Of a DNA stretch of 64,000 nt, positions 40,913 to 55,907 are shown piece after piece; positions within the stretch are counted from its first letter, which is position 1, and the number at the start of each line of letters is the position of its first letter. A program made the translations under genes and the position numbers. The notes under the pieces were generated by a model. It was not told where the DNA came from. It was given only the letters and a program-made list of their open reading frames with translations, and made no database searches. This stretch comes from Octopus vulgaris (taxonomy: Eukaryota): the NCBI GenBank assembly GCA_951406725.2, contig OX597814.1, forward strand, positions 124,062,001 to 124,126,000, written 5' to 3'.

Positions 40913-41301
40913 CTAGCAGTATCGCCCAGCATTGCTCGGATTTGTTTTGACACTTTAGAATTGGAATTTTTGAAAAGTAAAAATTTTGCATTATGTAGCT
41001 TGTTATCCTCTTTAAGTGTACATTTTTCTGGTTGAAATACACCGAAAAATGGTGACACAGCAGTAAAAAAATCATAAAAGATTGGGATTTTCATAGAAAA
41101 AAAGCACCTTTTTGATGTAAATAACTTTTGGTGTTAACATGGTCTGATTTGAGTTTTTTCTTGTATGGAAGGAAGAGCAAGTCTTCTTCTATCATACTCT
41201 CAATTTTGGTCAACTTGTGCACAGGGTCTCGGAGGAGATAGTGTTAGTTCAAGGCTACCAAACCTGCCATACACAGACAACTTCAGCTTTATATATATAG
41301 A
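40913..41301 (-). mobile_element. Short non-autonomous Helitron
   Basis: Minus strand A|TCTATATATATAAAGCTGAAG...CCGAGCAATGCTGGG hairpin..CTAG|T; 5' end shared with the Helitron at 3844. Confidence 0.85.
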
Positions 41302-42460
41302 TTGTGATGATTTCAGCTTAGTTTTACCAAATGGATGTCTTCTCTATCCCCAATCTCTTTACAGATAGCACTGGGTGCCTATCATTATGCCATCAGCAAC
41401 TGAGAGGTTGTTTGTTAGGACTTAAGTGTCCCCTCTACACGGTGTATATTTTCATTCAGGGCAACTAGACAGGATGTTTTTCCCTTGTCTTATGGAGACC
41501 ATATCATCTCTGTGAAGTTTTCTTTAAAATAAATTAAATGTGCCCTTTTAAAGCCTAGGCTCATGGGCCCGGTTTCCCAGTTTCTATGGCATATGTGTTC
41601 TCCAGCTGGATGGGACACCAGTCCATCGCAGCATTACTCATTTTGCCAGCTGAGTGGACTGGAGCAACGTGAAATGAAGTGTTTTGCTCAAGAACACAAC
41701 GCATCGCCTGGTCCAGGAATCGAAACCACAATCTTACGATCATGATAGTAACACCCTAACAACTGAGCCACTCGTCTCCACCTGCATTTTTCTTAGGATT
41801 GAGTTATTGCTCTCCTGCACTGACTTACAGAATCTACATCTTTCAAACAACAAGTGATTATTTAGAGTTACTGCTTTCCAAGATGGCTTGCTTTCACTGT
41901 GGTTGGTAGAGTCTATATCTTCTTGCATAGATTGATAATAACAGTCTACAACTACAAAGCTAGATTTACAGTTACAGATCCTTATATATAGAGGCTGCCT
42001 ATTTTAGTTATCAAGGGAGTGTATCCTTTTAGGATCTATATGGACCTGATGGTATTGGTTTAGCATTCCAAGCATGAGAGTGCAAGCTTCAAGCTTTGTT
42101 CATGTGTTTCTAATATTTGCATATATTCTTTGAAAATCATAAATAAATTCAAGACAAAATTCGTAAATAATTCATAAAATCATAATATCTAATCTTATTG
42201 ATAAATTGTTAGTAAAACATTGAAAAAAATTATCTTATCGTCATCTTTATCAGAACAACACATTTCATATACAGCAACAACAAGAATATAAAGAGTAAAA
42301 ATGGCCATATCAATGATTTTTTTTTCAGATGTTTATAGCATTGATCACAAAAACATACATATGAACAAACATATTATATCTATGTATAGATATATACACA
42401 CGCAAATAAATACACACATGCATACATACACATATATATATGCTTGTCCATATGTATGAT

Positions 42461-42515
<55 letters not shown>

Positions 42516-42651
42516 GTATGTATATGTATGTATATATATATATATTTATGTGTGTGTGTTGTCAGATGAATGACACAGTGAAACTTAACTTATGATTGTT
42601 GCATTTCATGATATTATATGTGTATGTATATATATATATATACACACGCAC

Positions 42652-42720
<69 letters not shown>

Positions 42721-42807
42721 CATGTATTTATATATATATATATTAATCATCATTTCAATGTCTACTTTTTCATGCTTGGAAAGGTCAGACGAAACTGTAT
42801 GTATGTG

Positions 42808-42869
<62 letters not shown>

Positions 42870-43162
42870 TACATACATAATATATCATCATCATCGTTTA
42901 ACATCTGTTTTCCATGCTAGCATGGGTTGGACGGTTCGACTGGGGTCTGGGAAGCCAGGAGGCTGCACCAGGCTCCAATCTGATCTGGCAGTGTTTCTAC
43001 AGCTGGATGCCCTTCCTAACGCCAACCACACTTTGAGTATAGTGAGTGCTTTTTACGTGCCACCGGCACAGGGGCCAAAGGGGGCTGCCATCAACCCTGT
43101 TTGGATGGTGCTTTTACGCGCCACCAACATGGGAACCAGAGGGGGCTGGCATCAACCACATA

Positions 43163-43726
43163 TACGAAGTAATACCCATAAATAACTAGAAACATTATTT
43201 GTGGGGCAAGCCCATTGTAGTTCGAGCTTCTGCTGCTAGAAGCCACTTTATGCAACCCTCAGGCATCACTCTGCTGACTGGTGTCTTTGTTTTGTAGTTG
43301 TACTGCCATGTGGTGCATCTTTGTTTTTGCAGTGTTTCTTCCCTGTTCATCGATTTTTGCAAGGCTGGAACAAAGAAATAGCATGCTTCTGTGAAATTCT
43401 GGGAAAATGGTGGCCAAAACAGTTGCCATACTTCAAACAGCTTACAAACATGTTGCCATGAGCAAAACAAGTTTATGAGTGGTTTTCACGCTTTAGGAAT
43501 ACTCTTTTACTCTTTTACTTGTTTCAGTCATTTGACTGTTGCCATGCTGGAGCACCACTTTTAATCAAGCAAATCAACCCCAGGTCTTATTCTTTGTAAG
43601 TCAAATACTTATTCTATCGGTCTCTTATGCCGAACCGTTAAGTTATGGAGGCATAAACACACCAGCATCAGTTGTCAAGTGATGTTGGGGGGACAAACAC
43701 AGACACACAAATGAATACACACACAC

Positions 43727-43803
<77 letters not shown>

Positions 43804-44926
43804 TACATATATACAATGGGCTTCTTCAGTTTCTGTCTACTAAATCCACTCACAAGGCTTTGGTCGGCCCAAGGCTATAGTAGAAGACACTTACCCAAGG
43901 TGCCATGCAGTGGGACTGTACCCAGAACCATGTGGTTCGTAAGCAAGCTACTTACCACACAGCCACTCTTACACCTTTTGAATGGTCACTTTTTCGCTTG
44001 AAGACCAACCTCATTCAGCGTAGCCATCAACCTCTTGAATGAATGAAAACATCGCAAAATTTCATGAACTGATTTTGGAGGACTGTCATCAAAAATTGAC
44101 GAGCTTGTTGATATGACTGGTAAGTCTTGGAGCTGCTCTCAATGAATTTTGGGCAAGGAATTATTATTGAAAAATGTTGCAGCAAAATTTGTGCTTCACG
44201 TGCTCACAGATCAAAAGCAGTCATGACTGAATGCTTGTCATGAACTGGAAGAACAGTTGGGAGTTGATCTGGACCTTTTTTTTGAAAGTCATTACAGGTG
44301 ATAAAAGCTGGTTCTATGACTATGACCTGGAAATGAAGCAGCCACTGGAAGCATTCAATGTCATCATGCTTCACAAAAGCGCATCAAGTGAAGTCCAATG
44401 TCAAGACAATGCTGATTTGTTTCATCAATGCTAAAGGAATTGTCCACATAGAATTTGTTCCTCCTGCTCAAACTGCAAACCAGACATTTTACTTGGCAGT
44501 TCTGAAGCATTTGTGAGATGTAGCAACATGAAAATGCCCTGGCCTGTGGAAAAGTAGAGAGCGGTGGTTTCATCGCAACAATGTGTCTGCAATCACTGCC
44601 CTGAGTGTGAGACAGTTTTCGGCCAAAAATGGCATGACCTGCTTACCCACCCTCCCTATTCACCCTATCTTACTCCCTGTGACAATTTTGTTCCCCAGAA
44701 TCAAAAAAGTCCTTGCAGATGTGAAGAGGTGGAGAAAAAAATGACGGAGGTGTTAAAAAGTATCACTTTGCAAGAATTCCAGACAGCTTTGAACTGTGGA
44801 AAACATGTCTTGACCAATACATCGCTTCAGTTGGAGAATACTTTGGAGGCAGTAAAAGAATATACATGTAAAAGTAAGTGAATAAAATAAAATTGCAAAA
44901 TTCTGGTTTCTTTTGCATACCCCCTA
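43163..44926 (+). mobile_element. Decayed mariner, interrupted by a family-1 SINE (43501-43975)
   Basis: KFVLHVLT, VITGDKSWFYDYD, HPPYSPYLTPCD motifs; terminal ..ATACCC../..ATACCCC repeats. Confidence 0.85.
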
Positions 44927-45978
44927 CAAATATATTGGTAGGGGAGGTTCCAAAAGGGGTCTTCATGATAGGAAGGGAGAATGGGCACCAGTCAGCCCAA
45001 AGGTTTGGGTGGGCCGCATCTGCCTGCCTCAATTGCTGTGGCATTGTGGTAGATCTGGCCACCCCTGTTAATGGGGACAAAACCCAGATTTAAAACACTG
45101 GATGATGATGATGATGATGATGAGGAAGATAATGATATATACATACATATATGCACACACACATATATATATGAGGCAAATTCACAGAATTGGGCAAACT
45201 GCCTCATGGTACTTTTTTCCAAATTTTTAACCTTTTACTTGTTTCAGTCATTAGACTATGGCCATGCTGGGGCACTGCTTTGAAGAAGTTTTAGTCAAAC
45301 GTTTCCACCTTATTGTCTTTTGCCAAACTGCTAAGTTACAGGGATGTAAACACTCCAGCATCGTTGTCAAGTAGTAGAGGGGGGACAAACACTAACACAA
45401 AAATACAAACAAACATATATAAGAGGTGGTATCAAAAAGTCCCTGGACTAGTTCTGTAGCATGCCAACAGATGGCAGCACACAGTTATGTGCACAGTGAG
45501 AGCTAGCAATGACCTTCATGAAGCAGTGTGCCAAGTGACATAGCTGTGTTTACTTCTCAAGTTGTAAAATTTGTGTTTTTGTGATCACATGTATGCTGTA
45601 GTCTGCGATTTTGTCATGGACAGCAACAAAGATCCAGCATGAAATTTTGTGTTAATCTTGAGACATTGAGCAAGCTTACCACATAGCCATACCCGTCTCT
45701 CTCTCACTCTTTGTATATATCTTTTAGCTTTTATCTCTTACTTATTTCAGTCATTAGACTGTGGCCATGCTGGGGCACTGCCTTGAAGAGAGTTTAGTCT
45801 AACAAACTGACCTCAGTATTTACGATTTTTTAAAACTTGGTACTTATTTTACCAGACTCTTTTTGTTGAACTGCTAAGCTATAGGAACATAAAAAACCAT
45901 CAACAGTTATCAAGTGGTTGTGAGAACAAACACAAACACAATGACACACACACATACACATAGATATATACATGTACA

Positions 45979-46862
45979 TACAAGGGGGTACCCAAAAGAA
46001 ACAGGAATTTTGCAATGTTAATTTACATGTTTACACTCCTATCACCTTCAAAGTATTCTCCATTTGAAGCAATGCATCGGTCCAGATGCGTTTTCTACTG
46101 TTTGAAGCAGTCTTGGAACTCTTGCAAAGCAGTGTATTTTAACATCTCCGTTGTTTTTTCCTTCACCTTTTCCACATCTGCAAATCCCATTGTACCAGCT
46201 TTTGTCACCAGTGATGATCTTCAGAAAAAGATCCGGATCAACTTCCAACTGTACTTTCAGTTCACGAGACGCATTCAGTCATGATTGCTTTTGAGCTGCC
46301 ATGAACAAGTGAGGCACAAATTTTGCTGCAATTCTTTTCATTTGCAATTCTTCACTCAAATTTCGTTGACAGGAGTTCCAGGACACACCAGTCATATCAA
46401 CAAGTTCATCAATTGTTCGGTGGTAGTCCTCCAAGACCAGTTCATGAATTTTCATCAGGTTTTCATTAATTTGGGAGGTTGACGGTCGCCCTAAATGAGA
46501 TTAGTCTTCAAGTGACCATTCCTAAAGCACGAAAACCACTTGTGAACTTGTTTTTTGCTCATGACAGTGTCCTTGTAAGCTGTCTGAAGTATGACAACTG
46601 TTTCAGCTGCCATTTTTCCTGGAAAAAACAGAATTTCACAGAAGCACACTGTTCCTTCATTTTAGCAATTACAAAAATCAACGAACACAGGAAAAGCACT
46701 GCAAAACAAAGATGCATTACATGGCTATACAATATCACCTGACACCACTGGTCAGCAGATTGATGCCTGAGGGTTGCATCAAGTGGCTTTTAGTAGCAAA
46801 AGCCTAAACTACAATGGCTTTGTCCCACAGAGAACATTTTCAGTTACTTTTGGATACCCCAT
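45979..46862 (-). mobile_element. Internally deleted copy of the same mariner family in opposite orientation
   Basis: EVDPDLFLKIITGDKSWY (ORF 46048-46248); TIRs GGGGGTACCCAAAAG / CTTTTGGATACCCC; similar to 43163-44926. Confidence 0.85.
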
Positions 46863-47213
46863 TTTACGTACGTACATACATATTGGAGACCCCTTCGGTT
46901 AAGAATGACCATGGGATTGCACCTAGAAAGTTACCCTCTGAGGCACAAGTCCGGGCAAGGCTATTTTATGGAAGGCCAGCAGTCGCCCATGCATACCAGC
47001 CCCCCCTCTCCACACCACTGATGTTATCCAAGGGAAAGGCAAAAGGGCCAATACAGCTTGGCACCAGTGACATCGCAACTAATTTCTACTACTGAGTGAA
47101 CTGGAGCAATGTGAAGTAAAGTGTCTTGCTCAAGAACACAACACGCAGCCCGGTTCGGGATTCAAACTCACAACTTCATGGTCGTAAGTTTGATGCTCTA
47201 ACCACATACATAC

Positions 47214-47244
<31 letters not shown>

Positions 47245-47420
47245 CATACATACATACATACATGCATACATGCATGCATGCATGCATACATACATACATA
47301 CATACATACATACATACATACATACATGCATGCATACATACATACATACATACATACATACATACATACATACATACATACATACATACATACATACATA
47401 CATACATACATACATACATA

Positions 47421-48990
47421 CAAGGAATACTGGTGGAATGTACCGGTGAAGACCTCAATAAAATGTAAGCACAACAGAACTGATATAATGATTTGGGATG
47501 GAGAAGAGAAACTGGGCACAGTTGTGGAAATTAGCTGCCCAGTGGATGTTAACATAAAGTTGAAGAGCACTGAAAAACAGAACACCTATGCTGAACTATT
47601 GAGAAATCTGCAGTTACTCTATCTAGATTACAAGTTCATGTTTATACCTGTAATTATTAGGGCCCCGGGATATGTAACATACTGCCTAAATTCAATCTTG
47701 AAAAATTAAGCATCGCAAAACCAGAAAGGAGAAAGCTTGTATGTATTTATGTATGTATGTATGTATGTATATGTGCAGATTTGTATGTTTTTAAATGATA
47801 AATGTCTGGAAAGTTTTACAGTTTTTTACAGTTCCAGTGATGGATTGGATCTGTAATCTTTAAATTAGCTTTATCCTTTCTGGTTTTGAGAAGCTTAATT
47901 TCTCAAGATTGGTATTTAGACAGTGTGTTACATACCCCAGGGCCCTAATAATTGCTGGTATGAACCTGACCTTGTAATCTGGACAGATTACAAGTTGTAA
48001 CTAGGACAGAATACGTAACAGAATTTCGTCTGTCTTTATGTTCCGAGTTCAAATTTCGCCGAGGTTGACTTCCCCTTTTATCCATTTCGGATCTATTCAA
48101 TTTGACGTACAGATTATAGGACACTCTATAATGAAATCCATCAGGAGGATAATCCCGAGGACAAAGAAATAAAAATCCACTGTATGGCAGAAGCCATAGC
48201 CACTCATAATGAAAAGGAATACTGATGGAATGTACCAGTGAAGACCTCAATAAAATGTAAGCACAACAGAACTGATATAATGATTTAGGATAGAGAAGTG
48301 AAACTGTGCACAGTTGTCGAAATTGGTTGCCCAGCGGATATTAACATAAAGCTGAAGACCAGTGAAAGATAGAATACCTACACTGAACTATTGAGAAATC
48401 TGCAGTTACTCTATCCAGATTATAAGTTCAGGTTTATACCTGTAATTATTGAGACCTTGGGATATGTAACACACTTCCTAAATACCAATCTTGAGAAATT
48501 AAGCTTCTCAAAAGCAGAAAGGAGAAAGTTTATTCGAAAACTACAAATCTGGTTCATCACTGGAACTGTAAAATCTGTAAAACTTTCCGGAAGTTTATCA
48601 TATAAATATATATGAGCATGTCTAGATATGCAAGTATATGCATGAGAATACATACAATAAGCATACAAATCTGCACATACATACATACATACATACATGT
48701 ATGCATGCACACATATACATACATACATACATACTTACATACACACACACATACATACATATATGCATGCATACATACATAAGTACATACATACATAAGT
48801 ACATACATACATACATACATACATACATACATACATACATGCATGCATGCATGCATACATACATACATACATACATACATACATACATACATACAACATA
48901 AATACCCTGTAGTTGATGCTGAAATTTCAATGAAGGAGTCTTGGATCTAGGTTAGAAACCTGTTCTTTCTCTGTTGGCAAGAAATCTTGA
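47421..48990. mobile_element. Three 3' fragments of an RLE-type non-LTR element (47421-47737 +, ~47750-47985 -, ~48100-48990 +) among (TACA)n arrays
   Basis: KEYWWNVPVKT..HNRTDIMIWD..VVEISCPVD..EKQNTY (PD-(D/E)XK-like); the three copies are mutually similar. Confidence 0.8.
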
Positions 48991-49493
48991 AATAAAACTG
49001 AATAATGACATACACATGTATATATATATATAGACTGATTGATTGACAGACGATGGGTTTCATTCTGTTTCCCTCTCCCAAACCTATTTACAAGGCTTTT
49101 GTTGGGCCTCAGCAGAAGACACTTACCCAAGATAAGTGTATGGATGGCTGTTGTGTTGTTCAGTTGTTCGCTTCACTTTCTTGAGTTTAGTGTATGTATC
49201 ATCATCATCATAATCGTTTAACGTCTGTGAATGGTTCAACCAGGATCTGGGAAGCCAAGAGGCTGCACCAGGCTCCAGTCTGATCTGGCAGTGTTTCTAC
49301 AGCTGGATGCTTTTCCTAATGCCAACCACTCTGTGAGTGTAGTGGGTGCTTTTTATGTGCCACCAGCACAAGGGCCAGAGGAGGCTGGCAACGACTACGA
49401 TCGGTTGGTACTTTTTACATTCCACTGGCATGGAAGCCAACCAAGGCATGTGTGTATGTGTGTGCGCGCGTGCACGCACGTGTGTGTGCGTGT

Positions 49494-49531
<38 letters not shown>

Positions 49532-50177
49532 ATATATATATATAATGATTTCAACTTTTGGTACAAAGCCAACAATTTTGAGGGAGGGGTTAAGTCGATT
49601 ACTTGACCCCACTGTTCAGCTAATACTTATTTTGTTGACCCTGAAAGGATGAAAAGCATTGACCTTGGTGATTTGTACTCAGAACATAAAATCGCTAAGC
49701 ATTTTGCCCAGAGTGCTGGTGATTGTACCAGCTTGCCGCCCCAGTTTAGTGCATATATTACAACAAATATATCTGCACATTTCAATCTTTTCCTTATTAT
49801 CATTTAGATGGGAGGGAAGATAGTGCCTATGGCCATTCACAAGCCCTCTGAGACTGAATGATGTAGAAGGAGGAGAGAAGAGGATATCATCAAGTGTAAG
49901 ATCTGATCTGAATGTTTCTAATAGAGTGAACTCTGCTAAGGGCACTGAAAGTGCCTCAGAGAGGTGTTAAATGAGTATTAGCTGGTTGAAAGTTATAAAA
50001 TTGTGATTAAAAGTAAAATGGAAATAGACCTCAAAATACTAAATTAAAAAAAACTTCCAAAAGAGTTGCCCTGTAAGTATATTTCAAATAAATTGGTTGA
50101 ACAGGAATATGTTTTATGAAAATGCATTAAAGAATATTAGAAGTGAATAGGAAATGGTTGGGGTAATTATAGCACTG

Positions 50178-50244
50178 ACACATGCATACATACAGACATG
50201 CACACATACATACATACATATATGCATGCACACATATACATACA

Positions 50245-50320
<76 letters not shown>

Positions 50321-50339
50321 TACATACATACATACATAT

Positions 50340-50380
<41 letters not shown>

Positions 50381-51057
50381 TACATGCATGTAAGATCTTA
50401 AGATTTAAGGGATGATGAATAAAACGAGGTTTTCCGTGAAAAAATTGCTATCAAGAAGGTGGCTGGTTAGAATTAACCCTAAATTAAAAAGAGAAACAGA
50501 ACGTACATACATACATACATACATACATACATACATACATGCATACATGCATACATGCATACATACATACGTACGTACATACATACATACATACATACAT
50601 ACATACATACATACATACATACATACATGCATGCATGCATGCATGCATACATACATACATACACATGTGCACATATAGTTACATACACACATGGCTGAAT
50701 GCACATATATATATACCTACACATATATAAATATATTCACATATACATACATGCATATGCAAACACATACATACATGTATATCAATAGATACATGAATAC
50801 ATTCATACATGTACACATCTATGAATACACTTTTCTACATAGATACACACATATATGTTGATATGCATACATGTGCACACACATAGCTACATACACACAT
50901 GGCCTAATGCATATAGATATATACATGAATACATTTATACATAGATACATACACACATGTATGTATACATGCACAAATATGCACATATGTAAATAGACAC
51001 ATGTACATTTATACCTGTACATACATACATACATACATACATACATACATACATACA

Positions 51058-51145
<88 letters not shown>

Positions 51146-51362
51146 TATACATACATATATATGCATATACATTCAGAAACATAATTACATGCAGGAACAT
51201 ACACAAACACACACAAACTTGCATCCAAACAGTCAAGTATACATTCACATATGCATATATACATAAATACGTTCACAAATATACATAATTTACTCGCATA
51301 TATATTTACACTATTTACACACATGAAAACTACACATACTTACACATACATACACACACACA

Positions 51363-51396
<34 letters not shown>

Positions 51397-51398
51397 CA

Positions 51399-51433
<35 letters not shown>

Positions 51434-51896
51434 CTATATATATATATGTGTACATACATACATGGATACATACATACATATATACATAATTATATATATA
51501 CGTACATATATACATGGCTACATACATACATATATATGCACGTACATGCATACATATGTGCTTACGTAAATATGTACAGGCATACATTCATGCATGCATG
51601 CATATATGCATACATACATACATACAAACATATGTATGTATGTATGTACATGCATATATGCATACATACATGGATACATTTAGCTAAATACAATTAATCA
51701 TGTATACAAACATATACAAACACACATACGCACACATTTGCAAACTCACTCACACACATACATAACATTCATACATATACTCTCACACACACCTACGCAT
51801 CCAAACACCCACTCATACCCACTCACAAACATGCACACAACCACACACATGCTGACATACACATTCATATACACAACCACACACACTCCTTCACTT

Positions 51897-51941
<45 letters not shown>

Positions 51942-51980
51942 TACATTGCACACAAGCATATACATATGCACACACAGCAC
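50178..51980. repeat. Long compound (TACA)n/(TA)n/(CA)n low-complexity tract; similar tracts at 15860-16200, 37055-37850, 47206-47421 and 56668-57016
   Basis: Directly visible. Confidence 0.95.
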
Positions 51981-53414
51981 TTCACAAATCCACAACATTA
52001 TCACATTCAATATTTCATTTCATAACTTTCTTTATAATTTCCTGTTTAAATTTCCTTCTTTTAAAATTTTATAAATTCTAAATCATATAATTTTATGAAA
52101 GTTAAATTAAAATAGTGATAAAAATGATAAAACTAAAATAATTAAGTAACTTAATATTTATTGTAACATAGTTTAATAACTTTGCTAAATGTTATTAAAC
52201 TATGGAAACACTTCATAAAGTTTAATAGCATTATTATAGTTTAGTATTATTATTACAGTTTATAACATTATATATTTTGATAGCATATTTGCATTATTTA
52301 TATATCTAAACGGTATGGTGATTGGTTTGGTTTCTGATTGTTCAACGGCATTTGGTGTTGTTATATAGCCCTTGGTCGAACCCGATTGTGAGGTCCTGTG
52401 ATCAAAGATGTTCTAATTTACAACATGTCATCATCACCACTCCCACTACTGCCCTCACCCTACCATCACCATCACCATGTTGTTGCCACCATCATTGCCT
52501 CTGCTTCTTTTGCTGCCACCACCTCCACTGGCATCGCCGACACCACTGTTACTCCTCCATCGCCATGACCACCACCATGATCACGACGACCATGACCACC
52601 ACAACCACCACGACCACCACTGCCACTACCACCACCACCACCATCACCACTTCACATCCACCCATGACCATGACCACCAGCATGACCACAACTACCACAA
52701 CCAGCACTGCCAACACTGTCACTACCACTACCACTACCACCACGCTTCACCTCTAACCATGACCATGACCACTACCATGACCACAACCACCACCACCACT
52801 GCTTCACCTCCACCCACGACCATGACCACCACTGCCACTACCACCCCCACCACTTCTCCACCATCACTTCCACTATCCTCTTCTCCTTGTCCTTGTTATC
52901 ATTGTTGTCATTGTCATCATCATTGCTATCATCATCATCATCATCACCATCAACATCATCTTTTGATGTCTGTCTTCCATGTTGGCATTGGCTACATGAC
53001 ATAACCGGATCTGATGACTACATTTTGTTCTGATATCTACTTTGGCAAGGTTTCAACAGATGGATGCCCTTCCCTATGCCAACAACTTTACAGAGGGTAT
53101 TGAGTGCTTTTCTAAAGATGATTACATAATGGAAGATATATATATATCCAAGAGTAGCATCCTTTGATTTATTGTTTTCTTTACGAGTCTTTCTGCAGAT
53201 TCATGAGACTTTGTGTTTACATCCGAAAATGGAAGTGAACACCACGTGGTCAGTTTGAAAAATAGTTAAGTTATTAAGATATTTTTCTTAATATGAAACC
53301 AATGATAGCATGATAACCTTAATGCACAAATAAACTCTACCCACCAATGTGGTGTTGAGCACTCATTCTTGTCATTTGATATTTATGCACGTATATTATG
53401 TTACTGCTGTTAAT

Positions 53415-53805
53415 ATCATCATCATCATCATCATCATCGTTTAACGTCTGCTTTCCATGCTAGCATGGGTTGGACGATTTTGACTGAGGGCTCGTGAACC
53501 AGATGGCTGCACCAGGCTCCAATCTTGATTTGGCAGAGTTTCTACAGCTGGATGCCCTTCCTAACGCCAACCACTCTGAGAGTGTAGTGGGTGCTTTTTA
53601 CATGCTACTGGCACAGGTGCCAATCAGGCGGTACTGACAATGACCTCACTCGAATCTTTTTACACATGCCACCAGCACAGGTGCCAGGAAGGTAACGATC
53701 ATGCTCGAATGGTGCCCTTTTTACTTGCCACTGGCACGGAAGCCAGTTGGCTGCTCTGGCAATGATCACGCTCGGATGGTGCTCTTGGCACCCTACTAGC
53801 ATGGG
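53415..53805 (-). mobile_element. SINE/short retroelement family 3 with (GAT)n tail; representative copy
   Basis: (CAT)n-CGTTTAACGTC..CATGCTAGCATGGGTTGGACG..CAGCTGGATGCCCTTCCTAA. Copies near 3670, 9745, 11500, 17180, 24300, 29390, 35040, 42885, 49200, 57485, 63090. Confidence 0.85.
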
Positions 53806-54219
53806 TACTAGATCAATTAAAAATATTCACCACAGATGTTATTAACAATAGTAACATCTTACTTCAAATGCAAACATTTGAATACTTTGGTCATAAATAT
53901 ATATGCACCATGTGAACTGGCTTGGCACAAAAAACAAGCCACAACATCGATGGATTTATAACGTGGTGGATTTAGAATTTTAACCAGTAACTCTTACTGA
54001 ATAAGGTTGAGGTTGTTTGAGTCAGAATTCGAAACCATGGTATATGAGCATCTGAATGGCATAATCTTTAGAGGTATGCTTTTTAATGTCTTAATTCTTT
54101 ATCCATTTCCTTGCTTACTGTTATTTTTTTAATTATTTTTGGTGCCTTCCGGTGGTTGAATTAGCTCTTATTTCTAAACAGGTTGATTTTTTTGGCATCC
54201 TTATGCTCCATGCCAATTT

Positions 54220-54258
<39 letters not shown>

Positions 54259-54844
54259 ATATATGTATATATATTTGTATATATTTATGCATATGTGTCT
54301 TTGTGTCTGTATTTGTCTCCCCACTATTGCTTGACAACCAGTGTTGGTGTGTTTGCATCCTCGTAACTTAGTGGCTTGGCAAAAGCAATCGATAAAATAA
54401 GTACTAGGCTTACATTGAAAAAGTCCTGGGGTTGATCACTTCGACTAACATCTTTTAAAGTAGTGCTCTAGCATGGCTGCAGACCAATGAATGAAACAGG
54501 TATAAGAATAAAAGAATATGTATCTATGTGTGTATATATGTATGTATGTGTATGTGTGTGTCTGTATATCTGTGCATGCATACGTGCCATTAACTCTGTT
54601 TCAAAATAATCTGTGTACATCATAGTCATAAGCCATGATAATGGCAAAATATCAGTATCTACCATTATGGGTGATTCCAAGTTGAGTTGTCTCACCTGGT
54701 CTGTGACATTCAGGTAGTTTTTAACACTGTACATCATGCCATGAACTTTCTCTGGATTCTATCCTGCAACACACTTTGTGGATAAACAAAACACATACAC
54801 TATCTATGTGCAACCAGTAATGTTTATATATATATATATATCCA

Positions 54845-55160
54845 CTCCTCTCTGGATCACGCCTTTCTCATCGTGGTCCACATGATCCCAATTGTCCTCC
54901 TGAAACTGTAACTCCACCGTTGTGGAGGCCTTCTGAGTGGTCGTTTCTGCTTGTGTGGGTACCACTCGAAAACTGCACGGGTCCACTGATTATCAGTGAG
55001 CCGGGCGACGTGTCCAGCCCATCTAAACTTGCTGCGTGTATATTCTGCGATGACATCCCTCATGCCGGACTTCTCTCTGATGACCTCACTACTGATGACC
55101 TTGCTACTGAGGTGCGATCCAGAGAGGAGTGAACAGCGTGCTGTGACCAGCGGTGTCAAA
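54845..55160 (-). mobile_element. RTE LINE 3' end remnant
   Basis: IREKSG..KFRWAGHVARLTDNQW..WYP..KRPLRRPPQRW. Confidence 0.9.
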
Positions 55161-55373
55161 TGGACACCTGACGGACTGGTCGGTCAAGGTGATCAAGGTG
55201 ATATATATATAGGTGCAGGAGTGGCTGAGTGATGAGAAGCTTGCTCCCAAACCACATGGTTCTGGGTTCAGTCCCACTGCGTGGCACCTAGGGCAAGCAT
55301 CTTCTACTATAACCATGGGCTGAACAAACCCTTGTGAGTGGATTTGTGAGTGAAAACTGAAAGAAGTCCTTTG

Positions 55374-55432
<59 letters not shown>

Positions 55433-55586
55433 GTATATATTTGTGTGTCTGTGTGTTTGTCCCCCCACCATTGCAAGTTAAAAAAAAAGTGTTGAAGTCT
55501 GTGCTTTGCTGATAAGATGAGAATAAAACCAAAACAGGTCCAGAGTTATTATCTTCTGATCTAATTCAAATAATTAAAAATAATTA

Positions 55587-55907
55587 TAACAGGAGCACTC
55601 AGACAGCGCAAACCTTCACCAAAGAAACACCAACGTCCTCTCAACAATTAGCAGGAGATGATTTTTAAAATGAGAATATCAAAAATAAACTTGACTGCTG
55701 GAAAAATACTTCAGAATCCTTGTCACGTACCGGATCGATCCCAAAATCTAATCAGATCATGTCAGTCATGAAGCCAAACATCCCTGAAAGTTTCCTCTGT
55801 ATCCATCCAGCAATTCTTGAGATATCTTGTCCATAGACAAACAAACAAACAAACTAACAAACACAACTGAAAACAATACCTCAGCCTTCGCTAAGGCAGA
55901 AGTAATT
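55587..55907 (+). mobile_element. Non-autonomous DINE-1/HINE-like element
   Basis: Internal (ACAA)n, 3' stem-loop ACCTCAGCCTTCGCTAAGGCAGAAGT, degenerate subterminal repeat ACCTTCACCAAAG near the 5' end. Confidence 0.5.

Noticed and set aside
53199-53250. Exon candidate IHETLCLHPKMEVNTT after a ttctgcag acceptor
   Set aside because: Weak donor and no clear similarity to the expected MUN sequence
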